Below, piece after piece: positions 10,219 to 19,579 of a stretch of DNA of 64,000 nucleotides; positions within the stretch are counted from its first letter, which is position 1, and each line of letters starts with the position of its first letter. The stretch is from Candidatus Shapirobacteria bacterium (GTDB lineage Bacteria > Patescibacteriota > Microgenomatia > UBA12405), in assembly GCA_016188545.1 (NCBI GenBank), contig JACPHO010000002.1:64013-128012 (forward strand). Reading direction: 5' to 3'. A program made the position numbers and the translations under genes. The notes beneath the pieces were generated by a model. The model saw only the letters and a list, made by a program, of their open reading frames with translations, made no database searches and was not told where the DNA came from.

Positions 10219-10738
10219 CGAAGAAATTATAGGGAGGATAAAGAATGGGAATAGCGAACTATATGGGGTGATAGTGAAAAAATATCAGAGTTTATTGATG
10301 AGATATGTCAGAAGAGTAACAAATCAAGCCGAAGAGGAGGTTGAAGATATTGTCCAGGAGGTGTTTATTAAGGGATATGAAAACGTTCAGAGCTTTGATC
10401 AAACCAAGAAGTTTAGTAGCTGGATATATAGAATTGCCCACAACCTTTGTATTGATTTTTTTCGCAAAAAAACACCAATAACCTCGGTGATTGAAGACGG
10501 TGAGGAATTGTTTGAGTCCGGAGAAAAATTAATAGAAGAACTGACTATTGAAAAAGAAAAGCGAAAAGAGATATTAAGGGCAGTTGAAAAACTAGAGCTA
10601 AAATATAGGGAGGTAGTACTCCTCTACTACTTTGAAGAAAAAAGTTATGAAGAAATAAGTGATATTTTGCATATAAATACTTCAAATGTGGGGGTGTTAT
10701 TACTACGAGCTAGAGAAAAGCTGAAAAAATTAATATGA
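10199..10738 (+). CDS. ECF-type RNA polymerase sigma-70 factor
   Basis: Region 2 (IVQEVFIKGYENVQSFDQTKKFSSWIYRIAHNLCIDFFRKK) and region 4 HTH (SYEEISDILHINTSNVGVLLLRAREKLKK). Confidence 0.8.
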   Translation: MSRQKTDEEIIGRIKNGNSELYGVIVKKYQSLLMRYVRRVTNQAEEEVEDIVQEVFIKGYENVQSFDQTKKFSSWIYRIAHNLCIDFFRKKTPITSVIEDGEELFESGEKLIEELTIEKEKRKEILRAVEKLELKYREVVLLYYFEEKSYEEISDILHINTSNVGVLLLRAREKLKKLI

Positions 10739-11136
10739 AAAAAAATATTCAAAAGGAAATACTAGACAAGATCAAGAGAGGTGAACTAAAAATGAAACCA
10801 AGGTGGCAATTTGAAGTAAAAGAGAAAGGTAAAAAAGGTGTGGCTTTGGGAACATTGATTTTGGCGGCGATAGCAATAACGACAGTAATTTTCTTTGTTA
10901 GAGAATACGAACCTTGGACTTTGTGGGAGTTGGGTGAAGTGGGAAAACAGATTGTGATTGAGGACTTTCCATACTGGTGGTTCTTGGCCGGAGCAACAAT
11001 GGTAGTTGGTTCAACTGCGGTGATAAAGAATGTGGGAGATAACTACAAAAGAAGTGCTCGTGATATCTGGACGATGACAATTATCACTACAGTAGTGATA
11101 ACAACACTAGTGTGGTTGATTTGGGGATTATTCTAG
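10735..11136 (+). CDS. Small membrane protein, putative anti-sigma factor
   Basis: Start overlaps the sigma-factor stop (ATGA). Charged N-terminus followed by TM helices. Assignment is by position only. Confidence 0.4.
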   Translation: MKKNIQKEILDKIKRGELKMKPRWQFEVKEKGKKGVALGTLILAAIAITTVIFFVREYEPWTLWELGEVGKQIVIEDFPYWWFLAGATMVVGSTAVIKNVGDNYKRSARDIWTMTIITTVVITTLVWLIWGLF

Positions 11137-11391
11137 CTCGGAGTCGAGGCGGGAAAACTCTTGGTCGATTTGAGCGTTACTTTCTGACTCCATCTGGAGC
11201 AGAAGCTGATCATCGGAAAGGGTTGAGGGATCAGTTGTGGGTGCAGTCGAAATATCTTCTGAATAAGTTTGAGTATCAGAGTCAGTCTCAGTTTCAACAT
11301 TAACTCTCAGCTTGTCCACAGAGGAACAAGCTGAGAGGAGAAGAGAGAATGACGATAAAACAATGGTGGTTAGAATTATTTTTTTGGTCAT
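11128..11391 (-). CDS. Small acidic lipoprotein
   Basis: Signal peptide with lipobox LLLSAC-SS. Asp/Glu/Thr-rich mature part. Confidence 0.45.
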   Translation of the reverse strand: MTKKIILTTIVLSSFSLLLSACSSVDKLRVNVETETDSDTQTYSEDISTAPTTDPSTLSDDQLLLQMESESNAQIDQEFSRLDSELE

Positions 11392-11413
11392 GTAATGATT
11401 TTACAACACAAAC

Positions 11414-12076
11414 TTATTTTGCCTTGACAACCAATCGTAGATCAACGACTAAGAATTGACGAATAGCTTTGAGGTCTTCGTTGATTTTCTTAGCTTGAGT
11501 ACGAAGATCATTTAGAAGTGATTTTGGATCACTGGCAGTAGCTACAGCCTTGATGGAAACTTCATATTTGGCGACATCAGCTTTAAAATTGGCCCAAAGA
11601 GTTTTTTGCTCATCAGAACCAAGGGAAGCTTGAGCTTTTAACAAATCTTGATTGCCAGGCAATTTGACTAGCTTTTGGGTAATACGGTCAGCAATAAGTT
11701 TTTGATATCTCTCAAGAGCAGAGGCTCTGACAGTGAAACTTCTGAGTAAGCCGTTTTGACTAGTAGTGAGGAGTTTGCGACGGAGATCGGTTTTATCTGG
11801 ATTTTCTGTGCCATTAAGATCTTTGCGGATTTCTTTAACATCTTCTTTGATTTCTTTACGGTTTTCTTTGACATCTTCGCGCATTTCTTTACGATTTAAT
11901 TGAAACTGGCGAAAGAGTCCAGACTTAGGGGTAACCGTGGCTGTAGTAGTAGCAGTAACTGTTGGAGAGGTAGCGGTAACCGCTACAGTAGAGGTTAGAG
12001 ATACTTCAGCATGAGCAGCGGTAGGAAAAAATAAAGCTGCAAAAAGAGCGACTGGGACTAGGTTGGTTGTTTTCAT
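11414..12076 (-). CDS. Secreted coiled-coil protein with KE-rich repeats
   Basis: Signal peptide ending AAHA-EV. Repeats REDVKENRKEIKEDVKEIRKDL. Confidence 0.5.
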   Translation of the reverse strand: MKTTNLVPVALFAALFFPTAAHAEVSLTSTVAVTATSPTVTATTTATVTPKSGLFRQFQLNRKEMREDVKENRKEIKEDVKEIRKDLNGTENPDKTDLRRKLLTTSQNGLLRSFTVRASALERYQKLIADRITQKLVKLPGNQDLLKAQASLGSDEQKTLWANFKADVAKYEVSIKAVATASDPKSLLNDLRTQAKKINEDLKAIRQFLVVDLRLVVKAK

Positions 12077-12175
12077 ATTTATATAAAAAATAACTTGGTT
12101 ACCTACTGATACGTCAGTTGGGGATAAAATATTACAAATGAATTGTTCGAAAAAATCAGGGTGATAATTAGCACC

Positions 12176-13039
12176 TTAACCAATTAGTTTTTGACAACTT
12201 GGGCAGTAAAATGTTCCACGTCCACCAAGGGTAATCTTTTTAATAGGATCTTTACAGATCAAACAAGGTTCACCAAGTCGTTGGTAGACACGAAAGAAAA
12301 ACTGGTTACTACCAAAAGTGCCGTCGGGACGGACATATTTATTGTCTTTCATAGTGGAACCTCCGACAGAAACCGACTGACGCATAATGTCGATTAAGTG
12401 TTGGTGAATTTTAGTTGATTGTTCCTTGGTTATCTTATTGGCTGGGGTTGTGGGGTGGATGCGTGATAAAAACAGAGAATCGTTGGCATAAATATTGCCA
12501 ATACCAGCAAAATAGTGCTGATCCAGCAAGACAACTTTGACGGCTTGGGAAGATCTGTGGAGTTGGTGAAAAAGATAGTCGGCAGTAAAATTTTCACTAA
12601 AGATATCGTGACCTAAACTACTCTGAAAAGTTGCAAGTGATTTTGGATCAAAAGTTTGGATCCAGCCAAATTTTCGCTGATCGTTAAAATAGAGAGTAAA
12701 ATTGTTTTTAAACTTTAAAATTATTCTGGTCGATTTACTAGGGAGAGATGATGAGAGAGAGTCTTTGGTAGGGTGCCCCATAACTGTCCGAGCAGAATTG
12801 TTTACCAAAACAAGCTGGCCGGTCATTTTTAGATGAACCAAAACAATGTAGCCATTTTTTAGGTATATAGATAGTTGCTTACCAACTCGAGAAAAGCTAG
12901 TAATAGATTGGCCCACTACCAAGCTTTGATCACCAATAAAACTTTTTGGATTGAGAATATCCAAAGAAGCTATCTGTTGATGAAGCAGCTTGTCTTCTAA
13001 ATAAATTTTAACTACTTCGACTTCGGGTAATTCAGGCAT
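12176..13039 (-). CDS. mutM: Formamidopyrimidine-DNA glycosylase (Fpg/Nei family)
   Basis: N-terminal MPELPEVEV catalytic motif. C-terminal zinc finger CLICKDPIKKITLGGRGTFYCPSCQ. Confidence 0.85.
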   Translation of the reverse strand: MPELPEVEVVKIYLEDKLLHQQIASLDILNPKSFIGDQSLVVGQSITSFSRVGKQLSIYLKNGYIVLVHLKMTGQLVLVNNSARTVMGHPTKDSLSSSLPSKSTRIILKFKNNFTLYFNDQRKFGWIQTFDPKSLATFQSSLGHDIFSENFTADYLFHQLHRSSQAVKVVLLDQHYFAGIGNIYANDSLFLSRIHPTTPANKITKEQSTKIHQHLIDIMRQSVSVGGSTMKDNKYVRPDGTFGSNQFFFRVYQRLGEPCLICKDPIKKITLGGRGTFYCPSCQKLIG

Positions 13040-13111
13040 ACCTTGTGAAAAATCCTAAATCCTAAATTCAAAAGTAAAAAATAAAAACATGATTAGGAAT
13101 TATAGAACAAA

Positions 13112-14032
13112 TCAGATTAGATCGTCGAGGTCGATGGTGGAGACATTGTGGTTGGCAGCGAGTCGCTCGAGTCCAACTAACATGTCGGTGACACTATCCT
13201 GGATACTTGAAAATGAATTTAAAAATACTTGAGTTTGAGTAACATATCCCATTATTAATACCAAATGCGAGACATGTTGCACCCCGCTTGAAGTGGCATA
13301 TATCAGATAAAAAAGAATGAGTGAATAAAATAAAACTGATAGGTTCTGTAAAAGTGACCATTCGGTAAAGCCCCAATTGGTGACACGGCTATAGTGACGA
13401 CTCCATGATTTTTGTTCGAGGTCGAAATCATCACTTTCCTGGAGCTTGGCATAATAACTTTCGGTCTTGTAATTTAAATGGTCTTTAAGCTCGGCATAAT
13501 GGTTGGTGGTATAGTAGTCGATAGCTAAATAGATAAGAATGTAAGCAGTGGTTAGGACGAAGGTGCGAAAGTCGAGTGAATACAAAATTACCGGAATAAA
13601 GAGAAAAGAAACTAGACTATCGATTCCTGGCTGCTTGACCAAATCCAGGGTTACGGCTGAAGCATCGGCAAAATTTCGAATGGCTTGGACGGCCGCGTGC
13701 CGCTCCTCTTTGGTATCGGTTTTGAGTGTGGTTAAGAAATAGTTGTGGATATCAAAAGAGATATTGGAGATCTCGTGCTCGAGTCTGGTTATGGACTTGA
13801 GACGGAGAACGTTATCGATTACCCGAACAATAAATATCCAAACAACCGAAGAAAGAATATTTTTAATAGGGGCACCAGTTTCGACTTGTTTAATTACTTC
13901 GGAAAACTGATAGATAGTTACTAGCGGTAAGATGGCAGAAATAAAGCGAACAAGTAGCCAGAAAAATAAGGGGGCCTTCTGCTTGGCAACTTTGTAAATA
14001 AATCCAATTACTTTATGAGGACGGGGCTTCAT
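13112..14032 (-). CDS. Polytopic membrane protein, possibly an ABC-exporter-like transmembrane domain without an ATPase
   Basis: About 6 predicted TM helices across 306 aa. No Walker motifs. Confidence 0.4.
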   Translation of the reverse strand: MKPRPHKVIGFIYKVAKQKAPLFFWLLVRFISAILPLVTIYQFSEVIKQVETGAPIKNILSSVVWIFIVRVIDNVLRLKSITRLEHEISNISFDIHNYFLTTLKTDTKEERHAAVQAIRNFADASAVTLDLVKQPGIDSLVSFLFIPVILYSLDFRTFVLTTAYILIYLAIDYYTTNHYAELKDHLNYKTESYYAKLQESDDFDLEQKSWSRHYSRVTNWGFTEWSLLQNLSVLFYSLILFYLIYATSSGVQHVSHLVLIMGYVTQTQVFLNSFSSIQDSVTDMLVGLERLAANHNVSTIDLDDLI

Positions 14033-14084
14033 TAATCAATTATCAATTAGGAATTAGGAATTAGCAATTTGTTAAAATGGGAGC

Positions 14085-15053
14085 ATGAGTGAAAATATAT
14101 ACGACACTATAATAATTGGTTCTGGCCCGGCTGGGTTGACGGCGGCAATTTATAACATTAGGGCGAACCTAAGGACAATTGTACTTGGAGGAGATCAGCC
14201 TGGTGGACAACTAACGCTAACAACTGTGGTGGAAAATTATCCCGGGTTTGCCACCGGAATTGGTGGACTAAAACTGATGATGGATATGCAAACTCAAGTA
14301 AAAAATTTGGGGGTGGAGATAAGAAACGCCAAAGTAATGGGCATTTCAAAATTCAAAATTCAAAATTCAAAATTCAAAATTGAATTAGAGGATGGACGGG
14401 TACTGGAGACAAAAGCGGTGATAGTAACGACAGGGGCGAAGGCAAGATGGCTTAATTTACCAAAAGAGAAGGAGCTAATTGGTAAGGGAGTATCAGCCTG
14501 TGCGACTTGTGATGGAATGTTTTTCCGAGACAAGACCGTAGTGGTGGTTGGAGGTGGTGATGTAGCTTGCGAAGATGCAATGTTTTTAAGTAAATTCGCC
14601 TCTAAGGTTTATTTGATTCATAGAAGAGATACTTTACGCGCCCAGGTTTATATCAGAGAAAAAATAAAACTAAATCCAAAAATTGAATTTGTTTGGGATA
14701 CTGAAGTAATAAATATAAATTCAAAAAATGAAAGTCAAAATTCAAAACTTGAAGATATTAAAATAAAAAATAACAAAACTGGTGAGGAAAAGGTTATGCA
14801 AATAGACGGATTGTTTGTGGCGATTGGACACGATCCGGCGACGAGTTTTGTCAAAGATTTGGTGGAATTGAAAGAAACAGGTCATGTGATCGTAGGAAAA
14901 AGTGAAAAGTATCCAACAATGACATCTGTTCCAGGAGTTTTTGCAGCCGGCGACAATGTTGACGACGTATATCGACAGGCAATTATCGCCGCGGGACATG
15001 GAGCAATGGCGGGAATGGATGCTGAGAGATGGCTGGGGGAGAATAAATCTTAA
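14085..15053 (+). CDS. trxB: Thioredoxin-disulfide reductase with an in-frame (AAAATTC)n insertion
   Basis: FAD motif IIIGSGPAGLTAAIY. Redox-active CATCDG. NADPH motif VVVVGGGDVACEDA. A heptamer tandem repeat at 14345-14377 encodes the duplicated KFKIQNSKFKI. Confidence 0.9.
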   Translation: MSENIYDTIIIGSGPAGLTAAIYNIRANLRTIVLGGDQPGGQLTLTTVVENYPGFATGIGGLKLMMDMQTQVKNLGVEIRNAKVMGISKFKIQNSKFKIELEDGRVLETKAVIVTTGAKARWLNLPKEKELIGKGVSACATCDGMFFRDKTVVVVGGGDVACEDAMFLSKFASKVYLIHRRDTLRAQVYIREKIKLNPKIEFVWDTEVININSKNESQNSKLEDIKIKNNKTGEEKVMQIDGLFVAIGHDPATSFVKDLVELKETGHVIVGKSEKYPTMTSVPGVFAAGDNVDDVYRQAIIAAGHGAMAGMDAERWLGENKS

Positions 15054-15085
15054 ATCCCAAACTCAAAAGTAAAAAGTAAAAACAT

Positions 15086-15750
15086 ATGACAATTTTAGAC
15101 AAGAACAATCAACTACCAATACAAATTGACTATTCTAGACAATATAAACAGGGTGAAACATTTAGGACTTCGGCATTTGTCTTGGAAGTACAACATCCTA
15201 ATCCAACACAAAATGATGTTGCAAAAATCGAAGGTTTGAGATAGGGAGGAATGCAGTGCTTCTCTACTTGCTTTGCTGCTTGGGCAGTTATGCAAGATCT
15301 CGTCCAAAAAAATGAAGTTAGATCTCTTATTAACAAAATAGACCGTGCTCTAGAAAATAATGGGGGGGTGTTTATGGATATAGCAGCTTGGCAATTGAAC
15401 AACTCTCAATAAACGCCGAACAAAAAGAAGAGATTCAATCAGCAACAAAAAATTCAAGCGTTTCGGCCGAGTGGAATTCTCTATCAGAAACTGAGAGGGG
15501 AAGAAATAATGCAAATCTATTGAAAAATGGTGGAGCACTAATTTTACAAAGCGGAAATCATTACAGACTGGTCTGCATTGACAATACTTCTAGGTTAGTA
15601 ATATTTGACCCATTACTTGGTAAAGTGACACCCATCAATTCTGAAACGGTATATGATTACGCTCGGCCAGAAACTATTGGAAGAACCGGCGCTGTAATAA
15701 TTGAGCTACCAACCTTCAAGGGACAAGATGAGGATTTTATAATGAACTAG
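15086..15750 (+). pseudogene. Possible frameshifted C39-like (papain-fold) peptidase gene split into three ORFs of 52, 52 and 120 aa
   Basis: Consecutive ORFs in different frames. The middle ORF has MQCFSTCFAAWAV (candidate catalytic Cys region). The last ORF has GNHYRLVCIDNTSRLVIFDPLLG, matching the His/Asp C39-like motif GGHFVLGVAV…IVTADP of the 1156-aa T4SS hydrolase. A G7 homopolymer lies at 15362-15368 near one frame break. Confidence 0.3.
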
Positions 15751-15807
15751 GTGTTAATGTACATCACATTGACAAGTTGTACAAAATAGTTTAGAATTTT
15801 TGTACAA

Positions 15808-16074
15808 ATGACTATAACAGTGCAAATATCAGACTTTCGAAATAACATGGCAATGTATTTAGCAAAATTGAAAGTGGGACAAATTATTGATATCAAAAAA
15901 GGAGGTAAGTATTTAGCAAAACTTTCAAAACATCCTAAGGCAGTTGAAACTAGAGAATATAAAGATGCTGACGAATTTATGGCTAAGTTGAAGAAAATAT
16001 GGTCAATGCAGGCAAAAAGTAAAAAGAAGACCAATTACAGTATGAGAGTGGATGAAATCTTGTATGGTAAATAA
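15808..16074 (+). CDS. Phd/YefM-like antitoxin
   Basis: 88-aa protein. N-terminal ISDFRNNMAMYLAKLKVGQIIDI resembles the antitoxin fold. 3' end overlaps the downstream PIN gene by 23 nt. Confidence 0.55.
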   Translation: MTITVQISDFRNNMAMYLAKLKVGQIIDIKKGGKYLAKLSKHPKAVETREYKDADEFMAKLKKIWSMQAKSKKKTNYSMRVDEILYGK

Positions 16075-16474
16075 AAAAATCCTGATCGATAGTTGTGTTT
16101 GGATTGCGTTTTATGACAAAAACGACAGACAGCATGAAAAAGCAGTAGAATATTTTGAAAAAAATAAAGAGAAACAGTTTTTATATGTTATACATTTTTT
16201 GGTGTTAATCGAAACTTTGTCAATTTTGAAATATAAAAAGTTCGACCCTGAGATATTAAAAGAAATTAGAAGGCATGCCTCTGGTACTGAAGAAATTGAG
16301 ATTGTTAAAAGGGGTGAAATTAACTTATCACCAAAGATGTGGGGGTTATTTGAAACGGTTAACAGACTTGGAGTAGTAGACGTAATTTTGCTTGACTATT
16401 GTCTTAAAAATAATATGGAGATAGTTACTTTTGATGTGGCATTGAATGAATTGTGGAAGAAACTAGTTTTTTGA
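16052..16474 (+). CDS. vapC: PIN-domain ribonuclease toxin (VapC-like)
   Basis: N-terminal ILIDSCVWIAFYDKND (acidic D-x-x-x-x-D start) and C-terminal VVDVILLDYCLKNNMEIVTFD, typical of the PIN fold. Paired with the upstream antitoxin. Confidence 0.65.
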   Translation: MKSCMVNKKILIDSCVWIAFYDKNDRQHEKAVEYFEKNKEKQFLYVIHFLVLIETLSILKYKKFDPEILKEIRRHASGTEEIEIVKRGEINLSPKMWGLFETVNRLGVVDVILLDYCLKNNMEIVTFDVALNELWKKLVF

Positions 16475-17543
16475 TTTTCTGAGCAAAAATGTCGTGGCTA
16501 AATTTTTGAGAGTGCATGATACAAACTGCAGAATCGAATTTTAGTTTTTCAAAGCGTTTGATAGCTGTAATAAGGGAGTCCACAGTAGGTTCATCAAAAA
16601 AAACACCTGTTTTATTCTCAACAACTGACTCAAGGTAGCCACCGCCACGAAAGGCAATGACCGGAGTTCCAAAATGCATAGCTTCGACGGGAGTCATTCC
16701 AAAGTCTTCATCGACAGACAGCGCAAAAAAGGCCTTGGCTTTGGCATAACAGAGATTGCGATCTTCATCAGAAAGTCGGCCGAGAAATTCGACTCGGTCA
16801 CCGGCTATTTTTTGGAGGTGGTGGTACTCCGTGTAATATCCAGCCGACTCTCCAATTATTTTTAGTTTAAAACCAAGCTTAATAGCGGCGTTTACAGCTA
16901 AATCTAGACCCTTGGCACCGACAATTCGCGAAGTGATTAGATAATAATTTTCTTTGGATACTTTTGGAACTGGTGGAAGTGAAACAGGTGGGTAAATAAC
17001 AATAGAATCACGGCGATAAAACTTTTTAATACGATTGGCTACATTATGAGAATTGGCGACAAACACATCTACTTTTTGAGCCTGTGAAAAATCGTAAAGT
17101 CGCATAAAGTGACCAACAATCGCGGCATAAATACGAACTGGCCAATACTTTTGAAACTCGATGGAAGTTTTGAAACCATAAAGCCAACGAGGTGGGGTGT
17201 GACAATAGCAGATTTCTTTGGTGGAAGGACCTTTGCGAAAGCCCTTGGTGATATACCAACTGGCTGAACCGATAACGACGTCGTACTGTGAGAAGTCAAA
17301 ACTACCCCAAATAAGTGGGGTTAGAAAACGAAGAGGACTATGGAGCTTGCTACTAAAAAATGGAATGTAGTGTGCCCAAGATGGAACAATAGTACGGTGC
17401 TTAAAGTGGTTGTAGGCAGTCGAGTTCTTTTTGTAAAAGGCGGTAAATATAGGGGCGTTGGGATAAATATCGGCTAACTCCGAGAGTACCCGTTCAGCTC
17501 CTCCAAACTCATTGAGATAGTCGTGAACGAGGGCGATCTTCAT
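16425..17543 (-). CDS. GT4-family glycosyltransferase
   Basis: C-terminal EDFGMTPVEAMHFGTPVIAFRGGGYLESVVENKTGVFFD matches the GT-B/GT4 E-x7-E region. Confidence 0.8.
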   Translation of the reverse strand: MKIALVHDYLNEFGGAERVLSELADIYPNAPIFTAFYKKNSTAYNHFKHRTIVPSWAHYIPFFSSKLHSPLRFLTPLIWGSFDFSQYDVVIGSASWYITKGFRKGPSTKEICYCHTPPRWLYGFKTSIEFQKYWPVRIYAAIVGHFMRLYDFSQAQKVDVFVANSHNVANRIKKFYRRDSIVIYPPVSLPPVPKVSKENYYLITSRIVGAKGLDLAVNAAIKLGFKLKIIGESAGYYTEYHHLQKIAGDRVEFLGRLSDEDRNLCYAKAKAFFALSVDEDFGMTPVEAMHFGTPVIAFRGGGYLESVVENKTGVFFDEPTVDSLITAIKRFEKLKFDSAVCIMHSQKFSHDIFAQKIKKLVSSTIHSMPHQK

Positions 17544-17579
17544 GATTTATGATATATGATTTATGAGATATGAATAAAA

Positions 17580-18596
17580 CTAGAAAAGGGTAGTTTGAGT
17601 GGATGTTGACACAGGCTGGGGAGGTTTTTGAGGATGGCGACGACGGATTCGTGATAAGAGAGATTTGAAGTTGTATTCTGCAAACAACTTTTCTAAGGAG
17701 AGGTAGGTGCCGGGGAGTAACTTGGCAGAACGGAGGGTAAATTTGAGTGGAATATTGGTAACCAAAGAGGCTAACTTTTGACTAAGATAGGCATTTTCCT
17801 TGTCTTTGAGGAGCTTTGATTTGACGGTGTCTTTGATCTCTGATGATTTTTCAAGAGCGGAATAGATATTATCCAAAGTTCGATACTTGGTTAATAGATC
17901 AGTAGCGGTCTTGGGACCAATGCCTTCAATCCCAGGATAATTATCCGATTGATCCCCCATCAAGGCCTTGAGGTCAACCACCTGATTGGGATTGACACCC
18001 AGTCGCTCTTTAACTGCCTCCGAGTCATAGACCTTGGTAACTGACAACCCTTGAACTGGCACGAAAAGATTAACTTTGTCGTCAACCAGTTGCATTAGAT
18101 CTTTATCGCCAGTAATAATGGTGACTTGGGTAATGATTTTTTTACCCTTTTTATGGCGCCTCAATGATTTTTTGGTGATTGTAGCGATAAGGTCGTCGGC
18201 TTCAAAGCCACCCATGGAATAATGAGAGATTCCAGCAGATTCTAATGTTTTAGGTAGGAGCGGAAGCTGAGTTTTAAGGTCAACATCGGCGGGTTTTCGT
18301 TGGGCGCGGTAACCGACAAACTCTTCATTTCGAAAATTGGGGCCTGGTGAGTCAAGACAGACAATAAGATACTTTGGTTTGAGGGTGTCGAGAGCCGAAA
18401 GAATCATCGAATAAAAACCATAAATAGCGTTGACAGGCTGACCATTGGAAGTAAGTGGGGGGATGGAGTGATAAGCACGGTGGGCTATGGCGTGACCGTC
18501 GACTATGACTAGATGAGACATAGGATAGTTTAGCAAGTTCATAAAGTTGGAGAGATAAGGTAGAATTTTAGGAGATGGAACAGCACGCAATTCCAC
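17580..18596 (-). CDS. Stand-alone 5'-3' exonuclease / flap endonuclease (Pol I N-terminal-domain-like)
   Basis: HLVIVDGHAIAHRAYHSIPPLTSNGQPVNAIYGFYSMI…YLIVCLDSPGPNFRNEEFVGYRAQR (PIN-like 5'-3' exo N domain). H3TH motif GDQSDNYPGIEGIGPKTATDLL. Confidence 0.8.
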   Translation of the reverse strand: MELRAVPSPKILPYLSNFMNLLNYPMSHLVIVDGHAIAHRAYHSIPPLTSNGQPVNAIYGFYSMILSALDTLKPKYLIVCLDSPGPNFRNEEFVGYRAQRKPADVDLKTQLPLLPKTLESAGISHYSMGGFEADDLIATITKKSLRRHKKGKKIITQVTIITGDKDLMQLVDDKVNLFVPVQGLSVTKVYDSEAVKERLGVNPNQVVDLKALMGDQSDNYPGIEGIGPKTATDLLTKYRTLDNIYSALEKSSEIKDTVKSKLLKDKENAYLSQKLASLVTNIPLKFTLRSAKLLPGTYLSLEKLFAEYNFKSLLSRIRRRHPQKPPQPVSTSTQTTLF

Positions 18597-19504
18597 AGCA
18601 GATTTCGTCGTACGAATTCAAACTGGTGGGAGACATGACACTTAAGCAATTTTTGAAGGCCGCAGTGGGAATAGTATTGGCGGTAGCTATTAATGCAACT
18701 AATTTGATTTTTTTCCTTAAATATCCGCTAATGTTGATATTTGGTGGAGGTGGACTGATGATGGCATTTGTACCCTTTCAAGATAGACCACTAGAAACTT
18801 GGGTAATTGCATTCTTAAGATCAATTTATTCTCCGACAATTTATACATACAAAAAAATGCCGGATAAAGACTGGATAAGTTTGATGAATAGCAAATCTGT
18901 AGGAAGAGATAAGACCCTTGATGAAGCAGAAGAAGTGTCAGTGCCAGTGAAAGACAGTAATAAGGTCAGGGAGTTTATAGAATCTTTGCCAACAGTAAAA
19001 ATGAGCGAAGCGGTGATAGATGAACCAATAGAGGAAGACGAGAGGACATTGATTGGAAAAATCGGAATGGGGGGAAATACTAACAAACTTCCTGAAAGAG
19101 AATCTGATGTACCAGTAAAAACAGAGGAACCACCAAAAGAAAATTGGCGTGACAAAAAAGCAGAACTGGGGTTGAAAGCTGATAAAGTCGAGGCAACGGC
19201 TAAAGTTGTTTTTGGCGAAATTCCAATGCCAGATAAACCAGATATTCCAAATATGATGGTAGGAATGGTAACTAACAGTGAGGAGAAAATTGTAGATGGG
19301 GCAATTGTAGAGGTACAGGATAGTAAAGGAAACCCGAGTAGAGTGCTAAAGACAAACTCCCTGGGACAATTTAGAACAACCACTCCACTTTCGAATGGTA
19401 AATATTTGATCATTACTGAAAAAGAAAAGCTAGAATTTGACAGAGTCGAAGTCGAACTGGTCGGCAAAATAGTAGAACCAGTAAAAATAAAGGCGATAGT
19501 ATGA
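18575..19504 (+). CDS. PrgI/VirB3-like T4SS membrane protein
   Basis: N-terminal ISSYEFKLVGDMTLKQFLKAAVGIVLAV followed by a second TM helix, then a soluble tail. Resembles PrgI-family proteins that sit directly upstream of VirB4 in Gram-positive-type T4SS. Confidence 0.45.
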   Translation: MEQHAIPQQISSYEFKLVGDMTLKQFLKAAVGIVLAVAINATNLIFFLKYPLMLIFGGGGLMMAFVPFQDRPLETWVIAFLRSIYSPTIYTYKKMPDKDWISLMNSKSVGRDKTLDEAEEVSVPVKDSNKVREFIESLPTVKMSEAVIDEPIEEDERTLIGKIGMGGNTNKLPERESDVPVKTEEPPKENWRDKKAELGLKADKVEATAKVVFGEIPMPDKPDIPNMMVGMVTNSEEKIVDGAIVEVQDSKGNPSRVLKTNSLGQFRTTTPLSNGKYLIITEKEKLEFDRVEVELVGKIVEPVKIKAIV

Positions 19505-19579
19505 GGAAAAGTTAAAACATAAAAGTTAAAAGTAAAAAATAAAGAAATTTTTGACTCGAATATATGGTTAAATTAAACA

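Noticed and set aside
17544-17580. GATTTATGA(T/A)… repeats (also 53900-53935, 56886-56912, 58300-58340) considered as an oriented promoter motif.
   Set aside because: Copies occur in both orientations relative to the downstream gene, so a strand-specific promoter role is not supported. Treated as another short AT-rich spacer repeat.
18841-19467. 208-aa minus-strand ORF overlapping the PrgI-like gene.
   Set aside because: S/T/L-rich antisense shadow of an E/K-rich coding region. The sense ORF has the PrgI-like N-terminus and T4SS context.
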